DNA of 64,000 bases from NCBI GenBank assembly GCA_032718475.1, contig JAUCBJ010007821.1, positions 1-64,000 of the forward strand. Reading direction: 5' to 3'. The notes beneath the pieces were generated by a model, which saw only the letters and a list, made by a program, of their open reading frames with translations, searched no databases and was not told where the DNA came from. Shown here piece after piece: positions 11,801-21,263 of the stretch. The stretch comes from Nemertoderma westbladi (Eukaryota > Animalia > Xenacoelomorpha). A program made the translations under genes and the position numbers. Numbering within the stretch: position 1 is the stretch's first letter; each line of letters begins with the position of its first letter.

Positions 11801-14259
11801 TATTTCCAACTGATTTAGAGCTGCACCTGTTCAGTGACGCAAGTGACACCGGCTTTGGTATGGTAGCCTACCTTCGCCGAGAGGTAAGTCAGGACAAATT
11901 TGAGACGGCCTTTGTGACTTCTAGATCAAAGACAATGCCGGTCAAATACATGACTGTCCCTCGTGCAGAGTTACAGGCGGCTGTAGTTTCAGTCGAGGTA
12001 AGTAAGCAGATAATTGAGGAGTTAGACACGACATTGACCTTATTCTATTGGACGGACGCATCCTTGGTGTTAGTATACATTGCGGCCGACAATATTGCAC
12101 TAAAGACATTTGTGGCCAATAGACGCGCTCAGATCGTTGATTTTTCGACGAAGGAACAATGGAGACATTGTCCGGGAGTGTTGAACCCGGCCGACATAAC
12201 TTCGAGAGGTGCAATGCCGGCGGAATTCTGTCAGGAAGAGTCGCAGGAGTTTTGGTTGCATGGACCTGATTTTCTAACGAGGACACAGGAACATTGGCCA
12301 GAGCGACTAAAGATAGTGACCAATCCGATGCCTGAAGATGCGGAAGTCAAAGTGGAGAAAGTCTCTAAGTCGAAGTCTAAAGCCAAACTTAAGTCATTGG
12401 AGCGGCCTGAAGAGTCATTGGAGCGGCCTGAAGAGTCATTGGAGCGGCCCGGAGACCTGTCAGACCAACAGACTTACGTGACTACTGGGTCAGGAAGGGT
12501 AAGTTACGACGTAAAACCACCCTTACAGACTAAACCGGAGTCACAATTGGTAAGTGACGGACAGAAAATGACCGACACAATGGAGTCTTTGGTTTCCAAA
12601 CCTGCGGGTTTGGATTCGAAACTTCCATTAGTTAGCGGACAACCGTCGCTGGCATTAGAGCCATGTAGTATTTATGACAAATTACTAAATTCGTCTGCCT
12701 CTTGGCTGACAATTTGTAAAAGAACTGCGTGGTTAAGCCGATACATTTTGTACCTTTGTTTAAAACATTCGAAACATTCGAGAGAACCATTGAGCACCAA
12801 TAGTGAGCGAATTCGGAAATTGAAACAACCTCTGACAGAGGATGAGATTGATCAAGCGGAATTAAAGCATTTGAAGCATTATCAAATGTGTGCCTTCCCT
12901 AAAGAATTCCATCTATTATCGGCTCAACGACCAGTTCTCTATAAACCCCTTAGAAAATGGAGTCCATTAATCCATAAGGGTTTAATTTGTCATAGATCGA
13001 GAATCCAGACTGTCGACATAAACTCACAGTTTCGGTTCCCAGTGATAATCCCTAGTCACCCAATAGAATTGCAAAGAGCGATTCTATGGGATATACACAA
13101 GAGGTTGCATCACGCGGGAAAGTTACACTGTCTGTCGGCAGCGAGACAGCGATTCATTCTATTGCAGCCAAGCAGGGCAGTAGGCACCATGTACGACGCC
13201 TGTCTGGTTTGCAAGAGGGTGAACGCCAGAGTATTGGAACAGGATATGGCTGAACTCCCGGAAGCGAGAGTGCAGGCATATGACCCACCCTTTACGAACA
13301 CAGGGGTGGACTGTTTTGGTCCGATTGAAGCAAAGAGTGGACGGCTGACCCACAAGCGATGGGGTCTGCTACTGACATGTATGGCTAGTAGAGCCATACA
13401 CATTGAGCGTGTGGCAGACATGTCGACCAAATCTCTGCTCCTGGCCTTAAAGAGATTTATGGCCAGGAGAGGACTAGTAAAGGCGTTCTACTCTGATAAG
13501 GGTACAAACTTTGTCGGAGGGAATAGCGAGTTGAACGCGGCTCATAAAGCGGCACAGAATAAGGAAATTTCTGCAGCACTTTTGCCGCAACGAGTAGAAT
13601 GGAGATTCAATACTCCTGAAAGTCCTTGGAGAGGAGGAAGTTGGGAGCGTTTGGTTCGCTCTGTGAAGCAGGCCATTGCCAAAACATTGCCTGTGAACAA
13701 ACAACTTACCGACGACGAACTGGTCACAGCTTTCATTGAAATCGAGCATACCCTAAACTCGAGGCCGATAGCTATGTTGCCAGACGGTGTTGCATTAACG
13801 CCGAATCATTTGCTAATGCAGAGTCCAGCATTTCTTGTGCCGGCATCAGAACCCATTAGTGCCGACCTATATAGTCGTAAAAGCTGGAAAGTGACTCAAT
13901 TAGTAGCGTACACATTCTGGGAATATTGGCGGGAATACTATCTTCCCACCATATCCACCAGAACAAAGTGGTACAAAACGGTTCGGAGTCTCCAAAGGGG
14001 AGATTACGTGTTGATAACCGAACCCATTGTCAAGAGAAAGTATTGGGAGACTGGAGTGATCTTGCACACACACCCAGACGTGCAAAACATAGTGCGCACA
14101 GTCACTGTGAAAATTAGGTGCAAGTGTCCGCACCCAAAAAAGTGTAAAACTAATGGTTTACACACCTTGGACCGACCAGTCCAAGATATCGTGTTATTAG
14201 AGGAGACACGTATCGAGACGGGAGATTATAATTTGTCTCCTGCCTCAAAACAGAATTAG
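5809..14259 (+). CDS. BEL/Pao gag-pol polyprotein (first ATG at 5848)
   Basis: 2816 aa. Coiled-coil repeats, three Cys-His knuckles ending CMECGRLHHKLLH, protease MLDTAS, RT FTCDIE..FYMDD, RNase H FSDAS..PRAEL..YWTDA, integrase HHCC + GVDCFGP..SDKGTNF..GGSWE. Confidence 0.97.
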   Translation: MRDFCRKANIIKTMSVSDKEALEDSYETAAGPPTDDSVNITVDDNADYDDAASDADVSEQEDETVTSEEEELPQVIVLGSPTTTVRKDRTAARTEVSDREGSVAEARARSPVSRPVGMVSAVVPTAVRSTRSSRNNPSSPPSVSQVSERELDIAIKKKLRAHAGHITRTTDKVRKMLADSANIGREGLVEIRRGYNSALFKQTEELAVLAKKAVESQSSDVATRIYDRVLAALLEHRELSERFRRVRTENWLLWASQTQATQVSDADLRDLVEREEIQDKEERRYQREVTSWLMQNGVVVPGQVLPTTENIQQRTLTPPDDASRDSGDSQVSHARGKVICARSLVSHNSAEERRRRLDEQQAEVLRASEARKEAERERERARKLDAKLRELEDKGKREQAERERKERELQLKREQKERELQLEREREAKKRELQLEREQEAKKRELQLEREQEAKKRELQLEREQKEREIELERERKERELEIEKERQMLYEEKARLEEESVARRAREEEERKLAQLESARLSLESEERTRKANEIAEKGMRMIEECGASVGTELRELFALQKAKQEARTPAIRESTTTRIPIPGPAITSTRIAKPFSTYRTPVGISASPIAQDLRHRNTAPLYTERENEEFRETPTGRVLGEPNPRVWNTRTERRPSSTENFRVKPEEGSYERQRITQIEPTIQQNPSQEFITRDELSASLAQAISPHIQPITDMLSNLRLKEAAQVRSNSNPSRPELDKVQPSQRVRISEETIPHRPQVRTPVPNIHNPNFENSAEKFIEDAWIRASARKPSRALRTDTESSDEEEEMRRQKSRNYKERRTDAEQVSCNHRERTRLNNPAELNHLLTRNDATLRDIGKFAARQGLPTQQPQKFMGNHKHWRTFKTYVDEQLTNSTFTPNEKFNYLLQMLHREPRAIADNFVGNERAFELAMKTLSDIYGNKTKMAQSIVEDLGKGGRITTPLELLNLANAISNALDILRTVNLPHHGDHAEVLKSVIRRLNMRYRQKWRKLENKLEGQGKVLTLQHIHDMIATDAVAEMKSNFSEENMRESKPVTGKSMVSFDDDRTTVTFNSVDRYNSSTPAFRSDSRVWSGERLDRPRLKQQELPDGFVGCQYCLLKEVRSDDHKLDSCRRFKELNSEQRRVQVRTLDTCWACLAPGHVRRQCPNSKDGCMECGRLHHKLLHADFHTPTDRYLQRNPHRKGSKEPVSIRRNTYTGIQDDGYQPGSSDEDGESSAREVTCQGFTADSSSTSARTYLSSATSEIFSVIPVKLTGDKGSKRIYVMLDTASTLSYIDEEVARAVSSFQDAEEIQIELKSMHGVGDLKGHRISVELDSLLPRDQHTRQERKALPLDGFKCLAMKGFGRQLGKVPPMSPIAQEYFDKLRIPRHQVGYRNVSMLIGAEQLIAHQIWETRPAEPHVNGPHAHRTILGWYTRVPMSYEFTGGDKPINRYDELQPITQPPLVEPPDIDEFRRTCIDHYSDFSESDEELIPDNVRLSEPLHNDRTDSEPEDYCYQTRGSGSAAHATYLTNVLTYTDIVEGQVAKYRDLDIFQYSEEELQKELIRQDLETGARTVEWLDRDAMEPGGYDLAMSTDEKRSLEMMEDTIRLLPTGHFEVGMLWRRQPPKLENNYNLALKRLNGVRARLLKNPGIREKYCAQINNYFAKGFAGKVEDPDLVTDQTYYLPHHYVTHPDKPDKVRVVNDCAAVYRGMSLNSELMDGPNLNNYLIGILLRFRQRRFAFTCDIEAMFHQVRACKADQDSLRFLWYENEDLSGPVVTYQMYVRIFGARDSPNGTLFVLKKTATAQIGKYPVEVIESILRNFYMDDGLVSKDTAEQAIEVAHGLQECLATGGFPLTKFTTNSEALLESFPVKDRGSGDIELGVEPIPMARVLGLAWNPNSDKFQVRVRFEPSSPDKVLTKRICLSTLSRLFDPMNFISPVILQARACMRKIWLSDVEWDEPISPIHAKQWREWEAELHLLKNIDVPRSYFPNQLVFPTDLELHLFSDASDTGFGMVAYLRREVSQDKFETAFVTSRSKTMPVKYMTVPRAELQAAVVSVEVSKQIIEELDTTLTLFYWTDASLVLVYIAADNIALKTFVANRRAQIVDFSTKEQWRHCPGVLNPADITSRGAMPAEFCQEESQEFWLHGPDFLTRTQEHWPERLKIVTNPMPEDAEVKVEKVSKSKSKAKLKSLERPEESLERPEESLERPGDLSDQQTYVTTGSGRVSYDVKPPLQTKPESQLVSDGQKMTDTMESLVSKPAGLDSKLPLVSGQPSLALEPCSIYDKLLNSSASWLTICKRTAWLSRYILYLCLKHSKHSREPLSTNSERIRKLKQPLTEDEIDQAELKHLKHYQMCAFPKEFHLLSAQRPVLYKPLRKWSPLIHKGLICHRSRIQTVDINSQFRFPVIIPSHPIELQRAILWDIHKRLHHAGKLHCLSAARQRFILLQPSRAVGTMYDACLVCKRVNARVLEQDMAELPEARVQAYDPPFTNTGVDCFGPIEAKSGRLTHKRWGLLLTCMASRAIHIERVADMSTKSLLLALKRFMARRGLVKAFYSDKGTNFVGGNSELNAAHKAAQNKEISAALLPQRVEWRFNTPESPWRGGSWERLVRSVKQAIAKTLPVNKQLTDDELVTAFIEIEHTLNSRPIAMLPDGVALTPNHLLMQSPAFLVPASEPISADLYSRKSWKVTQLVAYTFWEYWREYYLPTISTRTKWYKTVRSLQRGDYVLITEPIVKRKYWETGVILHTHPDVQNIVRTVTVKIRCKCPHPKKCKTNGLHTLDRPVQDIVLLEETRIETGDYNLSPASKQN

Positions 14260-15049
14260 TGTTGGACGCAACTCACTTCGTATGCATTCCTCGTATGCAA
14301 ATACAAGGAAATGCATAGGAGCGGGGTTGTGGTGATTTGCGTTGAGTTTTGTCTGGTGGGTATCAAAACAGATTGTTTTGTCTGGTGGGTATCAAAACAA
14401 AATTTTATTTTCAAAATTTTTGGAAAATTAGAAAATTTTAAAAATTAGAAGTGAACCCAAGACAATTCCAGACGCTGTGTATAGACGCGTTTTAGAATTC
14501 GTCTATAGATAAACAGTAATTTGAAAAGTCGTGAAGCCTGGAAAATAGCATTTAGAAACCATGGTGACGGCTATATTACGTAGGAGTGTAAATTGAGTTT
14601 AGCAACTTCCACAGATTGGTGCCAACAGTGCAACTAAGGTGCTAAAGGTTAGTAGCACCAGAGGCGTACATGGACCCCACTCAGTAGTTTGCAGTGATGT
14701 GTGATGTTCGATTATCAAACCTGTGGGTTTGGTATAGTCGAGTATTGTGGCTATAGTCCTTTCTAACTACTGTAGTTTAGTACGAGTAATGGGAGTAGTT
14801 TGGGCATCAAAAAGTGAGTTGGTCACGGCCAGTTTATCTCCAAAGTTTTTGCGCTATGCATGGGAATAGGTTAGAGGATAGTTAGTTAGGAAGAGACGGG
14901 ATCTAGAGAGTCGAACCTGAACTGCTGGAAGGCAGCGGGGGGGGTTCGGGAGGTCTGTCCTTCGGCGACATCTAACTGATTACCCACAGTGTAATTGGTT
15001 TGCGTAACGGAACACTTATTGGGATATATATGTATATACGCGGGGCATA

Positions 15050-15710
15050 ATGGAGAAGGATATTAGAGCGCAACCGCGCAGAGGATTTACTGCCAGAGAG
15101 GAGGCGGAGTTACCATTCGCGCGACCGGGATGTAAAGATTCGAACGTTTACTACCATGGGCGGTCGGTGATGGAGCTAAATGGGAAATACAAACCCACGA
15201 TTCCCGACCGACTAGACGAGCAACATCCAGAACCGATATTAACGCGATGTCCAGCTCACCAGTTCCTTAGATACAACGAGGGAGGTTACCCGATGAGCGA
15301 CCCGATGATCAGTATCGACTTCAGCGAAAGCGACCTCCGAGACCCATTACGCCGACCGTTACGACTTTAGATCCGTATACAGAGATTAAACCTGTTCGAC
15401 ACCCAGTTTGATAGACACGGCGGCGGCCATTTCGCTATACCGAGCCTATAAAGACCTAGAGGCGCGGCGCGAAGCGGCACGGGACTCGAGTTCCTGGACC
15501 ACGTTCACTTCGCTTCACCAGGAAAGGAAGGTCACGCCTGAGTATCCAGACGAGATTCGCGCCGTCCATCCGTCTACTAACTATACCCACGATCCGCGGT
15601 TTATACGATATTTACTCCAAATTATTTCGGGAAGTTTCGAGGCACGCACTATTAAGCCCGAATATGTCCAATCCTTTATATATCATCGTCGCTCTGATAT
15701 ATACGTCTAG
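15050..15710 (+). other. Short accessory ORFs downstream of pol (106 aa and 100 aa), function unknown
   Basis: GC-richer, coding-like block 3' of pol with no recognised domain; duplicated at 19357-20017. Confidence 0.4.
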
Positions 15711-15920
15711 ATTTATTACCCAGCGCACAATTGGCGGCCTAAGGAGACTCGTTTGGGGTCATTGACCTCTGAACGAGTGGAGGATCAGGACCGCCGCGCC
15801 CACAGCGACAACAGCCGGAGCTCACAGCTCGCGGCAAGTACCAGAAGGAGGAGTCCTTGGCAAGCGTCAAGCTAAGGACGAGCACTCGACTTATCGACTT
15901 TAAGTAGACTATTTGACCCG

Positions 15921-18563
15921 ATGAACTTTATCAGTCCGGTTATATTACAGGCACGAGCGTGCATGAGGAAAATTTGGTTGTCCGACGTAGAGTGGGACGA
16001 ACCAATATCTCCTATACATGCAAAGCAGTGGAGGGAGTGGGAAGCCGAGTTGCATCTATTGAAAAATATAGATGTACCCCGTTCCTACTTTCCGAATCAG
16101 CTGGTATTTCCAACTGATTTAGAGCTGCACCTGTTCAGTGACGCAAGTGACACCGGCTTTGGTATGGTAGCCTACCTTCGCCGAGAGGTAAGTCAGGACA
16201 AATTTGAGACGGCCTTTGTGACTTCTAGATCAAAGACAATGCCGGTCAAATACATGACTGTCCCTCGTGCAGAGTTACAGGCGGCTGTAGTTTCAGTCGA
16301 GGTAAGTAAGCAGATAATTGAGGAGTTAGACACGACATTGACCTTATTCTATTGGACGGACGCATCCTTGGTGTTAGTATACATTGCGGCCGACAATATT
16401 GCACTAAAGACATTTGTGGCCAATAGACGCGCTCAGATCGTTGATTTTTCGACGAAGGAACAATGGAGACATTGTCCGGGAGTGTTGAACCCGGCCGACA
16501 TAACTTCGAGAGGTGCAATGCCGGCGGAATTCTGTCAGGAAGAGTCGCAGGAGTTTTGGTTGCATGGACCTGATTTTCTAACGAGGACACAGGAACATTG
16601 GCCAGAGCGACTAAAGATAGTGACCAATCCGATGCCTGAAGATGCGGAAGTCAAAGTGGAGAAAGTCTCTAAGTCGAAGTCTAAAGCCAAACTTAAGTCA
16701 TTGGAGCGGCCTGAAGAGTCATTGGAGCGGCCTGAAGAGTCATTGGAGCGGCCCGGAGACCTGTCAGACCAACAGACTTACGTGACTACTGGGTCAGGAA
16801 GGGTAAGTTACGACGTAAAACCACCCTTACAGACTAAACCGGAGTCACAATTGGTAAGTGACGGACAGAAAATGACCGACACAATGGAGTCTTTGGTTTC
16901 CAAACCTGCGGGTTTGGATTCGAAACTTCCATTAGTTAGCGGACAACCGTCGCTGGCATTAGAGCCATGTAGTATTTATGACAAATTACTAAATTCGTCT
17001 GCCTCTTGGCTGACAATTTGTAAAAGAACTGCGTGGTTAAGCCGATACATTTTGTACCTTTGTTTAAAACATTCGAAACATTCGAGAGAACCATTGAGCA
17101 CCAATAGTGAGCGAATTCGGAAATTGAAACAACCTCTGACAGAGGATGAGATTGATCAAGCGGAATTAAAGCATTTGAAGCATTATCAAATGTGTGCCTT
17201 CCCTAAAGAATTCCATCTATTATCGGCTCAACGACCAGTTCTCTATAAACCCCTTAGAAAATGGAGTCCATTAATCCATAAGGGTTTAATTTGTCATAGA
17301 TCGAGAATCCAGACTGTCGACATAAACTCACAGTTTCGGTTCCCAGTGATAATCCCTAGTCACCCAATAGAATTGCAAAGAGCGATTCTATGGGATATAC
17401 ACAAGAGGTTGCATCACGCGGGAAAGTTACACTGTCTGTCGGCAGCGAGACAGCGATTCATTCTATTGCAGCCAAGCAGGGCAGTAGGCACCATGTACGA
17501 CGCCTGTCTGGTTTGCAAGAGGGTGAACGCCAGAGTATTGGAACAGGATATGGCTGAACTCCCGGAAGCGAGAGTGCAGGCATATGACCCACCCTTTACG
17601 AACACAGGGGTGGACTGTTTTGGTCCGATTGAAGCAAAGAGTGGACGGCTGACCCACAAGCGATGGGGTCTGCTACTGACATGTATGGCTAGTAGAGCCA
17701 TACACATTGAGCGTGTGGCAGACATGTCGACCAAATCTCTGCTCCTGGCCTTAAAGAGATTTATGGCCAGGAGAGGACTAGTAAAGGCGTTCTACTCTGA
17801 TAAGGGTACAAACTTTGTCGGAGGGAATAGCGAGTTGAACGCGGCTCATAAAGCGGCACAGAATAAGGAAATTTCTGCAGCACTTTTGCCGCAACGAGTA
17901 GAATGGAGATTCAATACTCCTGAAAGTCCTTGGAGAGGAGGAAGTTGGGAGCGTTTGGTTCGCTCTGTGAAGCAGGCCATTGCCAAAACATTGCCTGTGA
18001 ACAAACAACTTACCGACGACGAACTGGTCACAGCTTTCATTGAAATCGAGCATACCCTAAACTCGAGGCCGATAGCTATGTTGCCAGACGGTGTTGCATT
18101 AACGCCGAATCATTTGCTAATGCAGAGTCCAGCATTTCTTGTGCCGGCATCAGAACCCATTAGTGCCGACCTATATAGTCGTAAAAGCTGGAAAGTGACT
18201 CAATTAGTAGCGTACACATTCTGGGAATATTGGCGGGAATACTATCTTCCCACCATATCCACCAGAACAAAGTGGTACAAAACGGTTCGGAGTCTCCAAA
18301 GGGGAGATTACGTGTTGATAACCGAACCCATTGTCAAGAGAAAGTATTGGGAGACTGGAGTGATCTTGCACACACACCCAGACGTGCAAAACATAGTGCG
18401 CACAGTCACTGTGAAAATTAGGTGCAAGTGTCCGCACCCAAAGAAGTGTAAAACTAATGGTTTACACACCTTGGACCGACCAGTCCAAGATATCGTGTTA
18501 TTAGAGGAGACACGTATCGAGACGGGAGATTATAATTTGTCTCCTGCCTCAAAACAGAATTAG
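15921..18563 (+). CDS. Duplicated RNase H-integrase half of pol (880 aa)
   Basis: Identical protein to the C-terminal 880 aa of 5809-14259. Confidence 0.8.
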   Translation: MNFISPVILQARACMRKIWLSDVEWDEPISPIHAKQWREWEAELHLLKNIDVPRSYFPNQLVFPTDLELHLFSDASDTGFGMVAYLRREVSQDKFETAFVTSRSKTMPVKYMTVPRAELQAAVVSVEVSKQIIEELDTTLTLFYWTDASLVLVYIAADNIALKTFVANRRAQIVDFSTKEQWRHCPGVLNPADITSRGAMPAEFCQEESQEFWLHGPDFLTRTQEHWPERLKIVTNPMPEDAEVKVEKVSKSKSKAKLKSLERPEESLERPEESLERPGDLSDQQTYVTTGSGRVSYDVKPPLQTKPESQLVSDGQKMTDTMESLVSKPAGLDSKLPLVSGQPSLALEPCSIYDKLLNSSASWLTICKRTAWLSRYILYLCLKHSKHSREPLSTNSERIRKLKQPLTEDEIDQAELKHLKHYQMCAFPKEFHLLSAQRPVLYKPLRKWSPLIHKGLICHRSRIQTVDINSQFRFPVIIPSHPIELQRAILWDIHKRLHHAGKLHCLSAARQRFILLQPSRAVGTMYDACLVCKRVNARVLEQDMAELPEARVQAYDPPFTNTGVDCFGPIEAKSGRLTHKRWGLLLTCMASRAIHIERVADMSTKSLLLALKRFMARRGLVKAFYSDKGTNFVGGNSELNAAHKAAQNKEISAALLPQRVEWRFNTPESPWRGGSWERLVRSVKQAIAKTLPVNKQLTDDELVTAFIEIEHTLNSRPIAMLPDGVALTPNHLLMQSPAFLVPASEPISADLYSRKSWKVTQLVAYTFWEYWREYYLPTISTRTKWYKTVRSLQRGDYVLITEPIVKRKYWETGVILHTHPDVQNIVRTVTVKIRCKCPHPKKCKTNGLHTLDRPVQDIVLLEETRIETGDYNLSPASKQN

Positions 18564-19356
18564 TGTTGGACGCAACTCACTTCGTATGCATTCCTCGTAT
18601 GCAAATACAAGGAAATGCATAGGAGCGGGGTTGTGGTGATTTGCGTTGAGTTTTGTCTGGTGGGTATCAAAACAGATTGTTTTGTCTGGTGGGTATCAAA
18701 ACAAAATTTTATTTTCAAAATTTTTGGAAAATTAGAAAATTTTAAAAATTAGAAGTGAACCCAAGACAATTCCAGACGCTGTGTATAGACGCGTTTTAGA
18801 ATTCGTCTATAGATAAACAGTAATTTGAAAAGTCGTGAAGCCTGGAAAATAGCATTTAGAAACCATGGTGACGGCTATATTACGTAGGAGTGTAAATTGA
18901 GTTTAGCAACTTCCACAGATTGGTGCCAACAGTGCAACTAAGGTGCTAAAGGTTAGTAGCACCAGAGGCGTACATGGACCCCACTCAGTAGTTTGCAGTG
19001 ATGTGTGATGTTCGATTATCAAACCTGTGGGTTTGGTATAGTCGAGTATTGTGGCTATAGTCCTTTCTAACTACTGTAGTTTAGTACGAGTAATGGGAGT
19101 AGTTTGGGCATCAAAAAGTGAGTTGGTCACGGCCAGTTTATCTCCAAAGTTTTTGCGCTATGCATGGGAATAGGTTAGAGGATAGTTAGTTAGGAAGAGA
19201 CGGGATCTAGAGAGTCGAACCTGAACTGCTGGAAGGCAGCGGGGGGGGGGGTTCGGGAGGTCTGTCCTTCGGCGACATCTAACTGATTACCCACAGTGTA
19301 ATTGGTTTGCGTAACGGAACACTTATTGGGATATATATGTATATACGCGGGGCATA

Positions 19357-20436
19357 ATGGAGAAGGATATTAGAGCGCAACCGCGCAGAGGATTTACTGC
19401 CAGAGAGGAGGCGGAGTTACCATTCGCGCGACCGGGATGTAAAGATTCGAACGTTTACTACCATGGGCGGTCGGTGATGGAGCTAAATGGGAAATACAAA
19501 CCCACGATTCCCGACCGACTAGACGAGCAACATCCAGAACCGATATTAACGCGATGTCCAGCTCACCAGTTCCTTAGATACAACGAGGGAGGTTACCCGA
19601 TGAGCGACCCGATGATCAGTATCGACTTCAGCGAAAGCGACCTCCGAGACCCATTACGCCGACCGTTACGACTTTAGATCCGTATACAGAGATTAAACCT
19701 GTTCGACACCCAGTTTGATAGACACGGCGGCGGCCATTTCGCTATACCGAGCCTATAAAGACCTAGAGGCGCGGCGCGAAGCGGCACGGGACTCGAGTTC
19801 CTGGACCACGTTCACTTCGCTTCACCAGGAAAGGAAGGTCACGCCTGAGTATCCAGACGAGATTCGCGCCGTCCATCCGTCTACTAACTATACCCACGAT
19901 CCGCGGTTTATACGATATTTACTCCAAATTATTTCGGGAAGTTTCGACGCACGCACTATTAAGCCCGAATATGTCCAATCCTTTATATATCATCGTCGCT
20001 CTGATATATACGTCTAGATTTATTACCCAGCGCACAATTGGCGGCCTAAGGAGACTCGTTTGGGGTCATTGACCTCTGAACGAGTGGAGGATCAGGACCG
20101 CCGCGCCCACAGCGACAACAGCCGGAGCTCACAGCTCGCGGCAAGTACCAGAAGGAGGAGTCCTTGGCAAGCGTCAAGCTAAGGACGAGCAGTTCCATTC
20201 TATAGTTGAAGAAAGAGGAGTTGGCGGAGGCGCCCACAGGGACACGGCAAATGGGACGAGGCCGAGGGAGGAGCACCAGTCGGGAGATAGTCGGTGCCCA
20301 GGGAACGTCGTCGCCGGTTCCGGGAAGTGACGCCTCAAGGACGCCGTCAACAGAGTCTACAGGGGGTAGACTGGTGTATCTGGGGAGGGGACAAACGAGA
20401 GGAGCGAGCCCGAGAGACCCAGGAGCTAGCCGATGA
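19357..20436 (+). other. Accessory 3' ORF block of element 1 (106, 100 and 76 aa fragments)
   Basis: Successive same-strand short ORFs between pol and the 3' LTR, possibly one decayed or spliced ORF2. Confidence 0.4.
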
Positions 20437-21263
20437 GACTATATTATCACGGAGCGACAAACTCTAGACATATACATCATCGTCGCTCTGATGTATATCG
20501 TAGGTTTTGATCAATCATTCGACTGGACTCATATACACTAGTCGTATCCATATTTTAGAATTTTATTTTCGAAGGCCGAAAAATATTGAAAGGAAATACT
20601 TTTATTTTGTAGTCCGTTGGAAATAGTGATTTTGAGCCTATACTATATTTGATTTTGTGTATATGACTTTATTTGCTCTAAAGTTTATTGAAAGAGGCAA
20701 AGGAAGTGATTGGGGAGACAAACCCGCGGGTTTGGCTTACTCCTTTCACTTACCTGAGCAATCATCAAACCAAGATGATTTGCGTTTTTTATAAGAAATT
20801 AAGTAAAGTCCGAAAATGAAAGAAATTATTACGTATTTTATATTTAATTTGATTATCGGCCTTTAATGCAATTTAGTTAAAAATTTAGCCTCAAATACGT
20901 TTATATTTAGTTTATCTTGTTAATGTTGATCGTTAATTTGAGATGGGAAATGGGGGACATTGTCCTAGCCATGTTCCATTTCAATATGTAGACCGTTAAT
21001 TTGTAAATAAATAAAGGAAGTAATATTTTGTAAATTTAATTTTGTATGTAGTAATCATTATGTAGTAAGAACGAGAAACAATATTTTGTAAATTTAATTT
21101 GTATGTAATTCATTATGCAATATCTATAGCAATATTTGTAAATAGTAGGAATTATAGTATCAAGTATTTAGATTGGTTGGAAGAAATTTATTTTGTTTTG
21201 TATACATCACCTTATACTCTTCTACAATTGGAGGGAAACATTGTATGATTTCCCTTGGAGCGG

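Larger units (their letters stand above)
11586..20191 (+). repeat. 4.3-kb internal tandem duplication (11586-15884 and 15890-20191)
   Basis: Copies offset by 4304 with a 5-nt filler CTCGA at the junction. Only differences I saw: A/G near 14139/18443, G/C near 15641/19948, and G8 vs G11. Confidence 0.95.

Noticed and set aside
6846-14133. Many antisense and alternative-frame ORFs inside gag-pol
   Set aside because: Shadows of the repetitive, purine-biased coding strand with no recognisable motifs; the same applies to 39588-49547.
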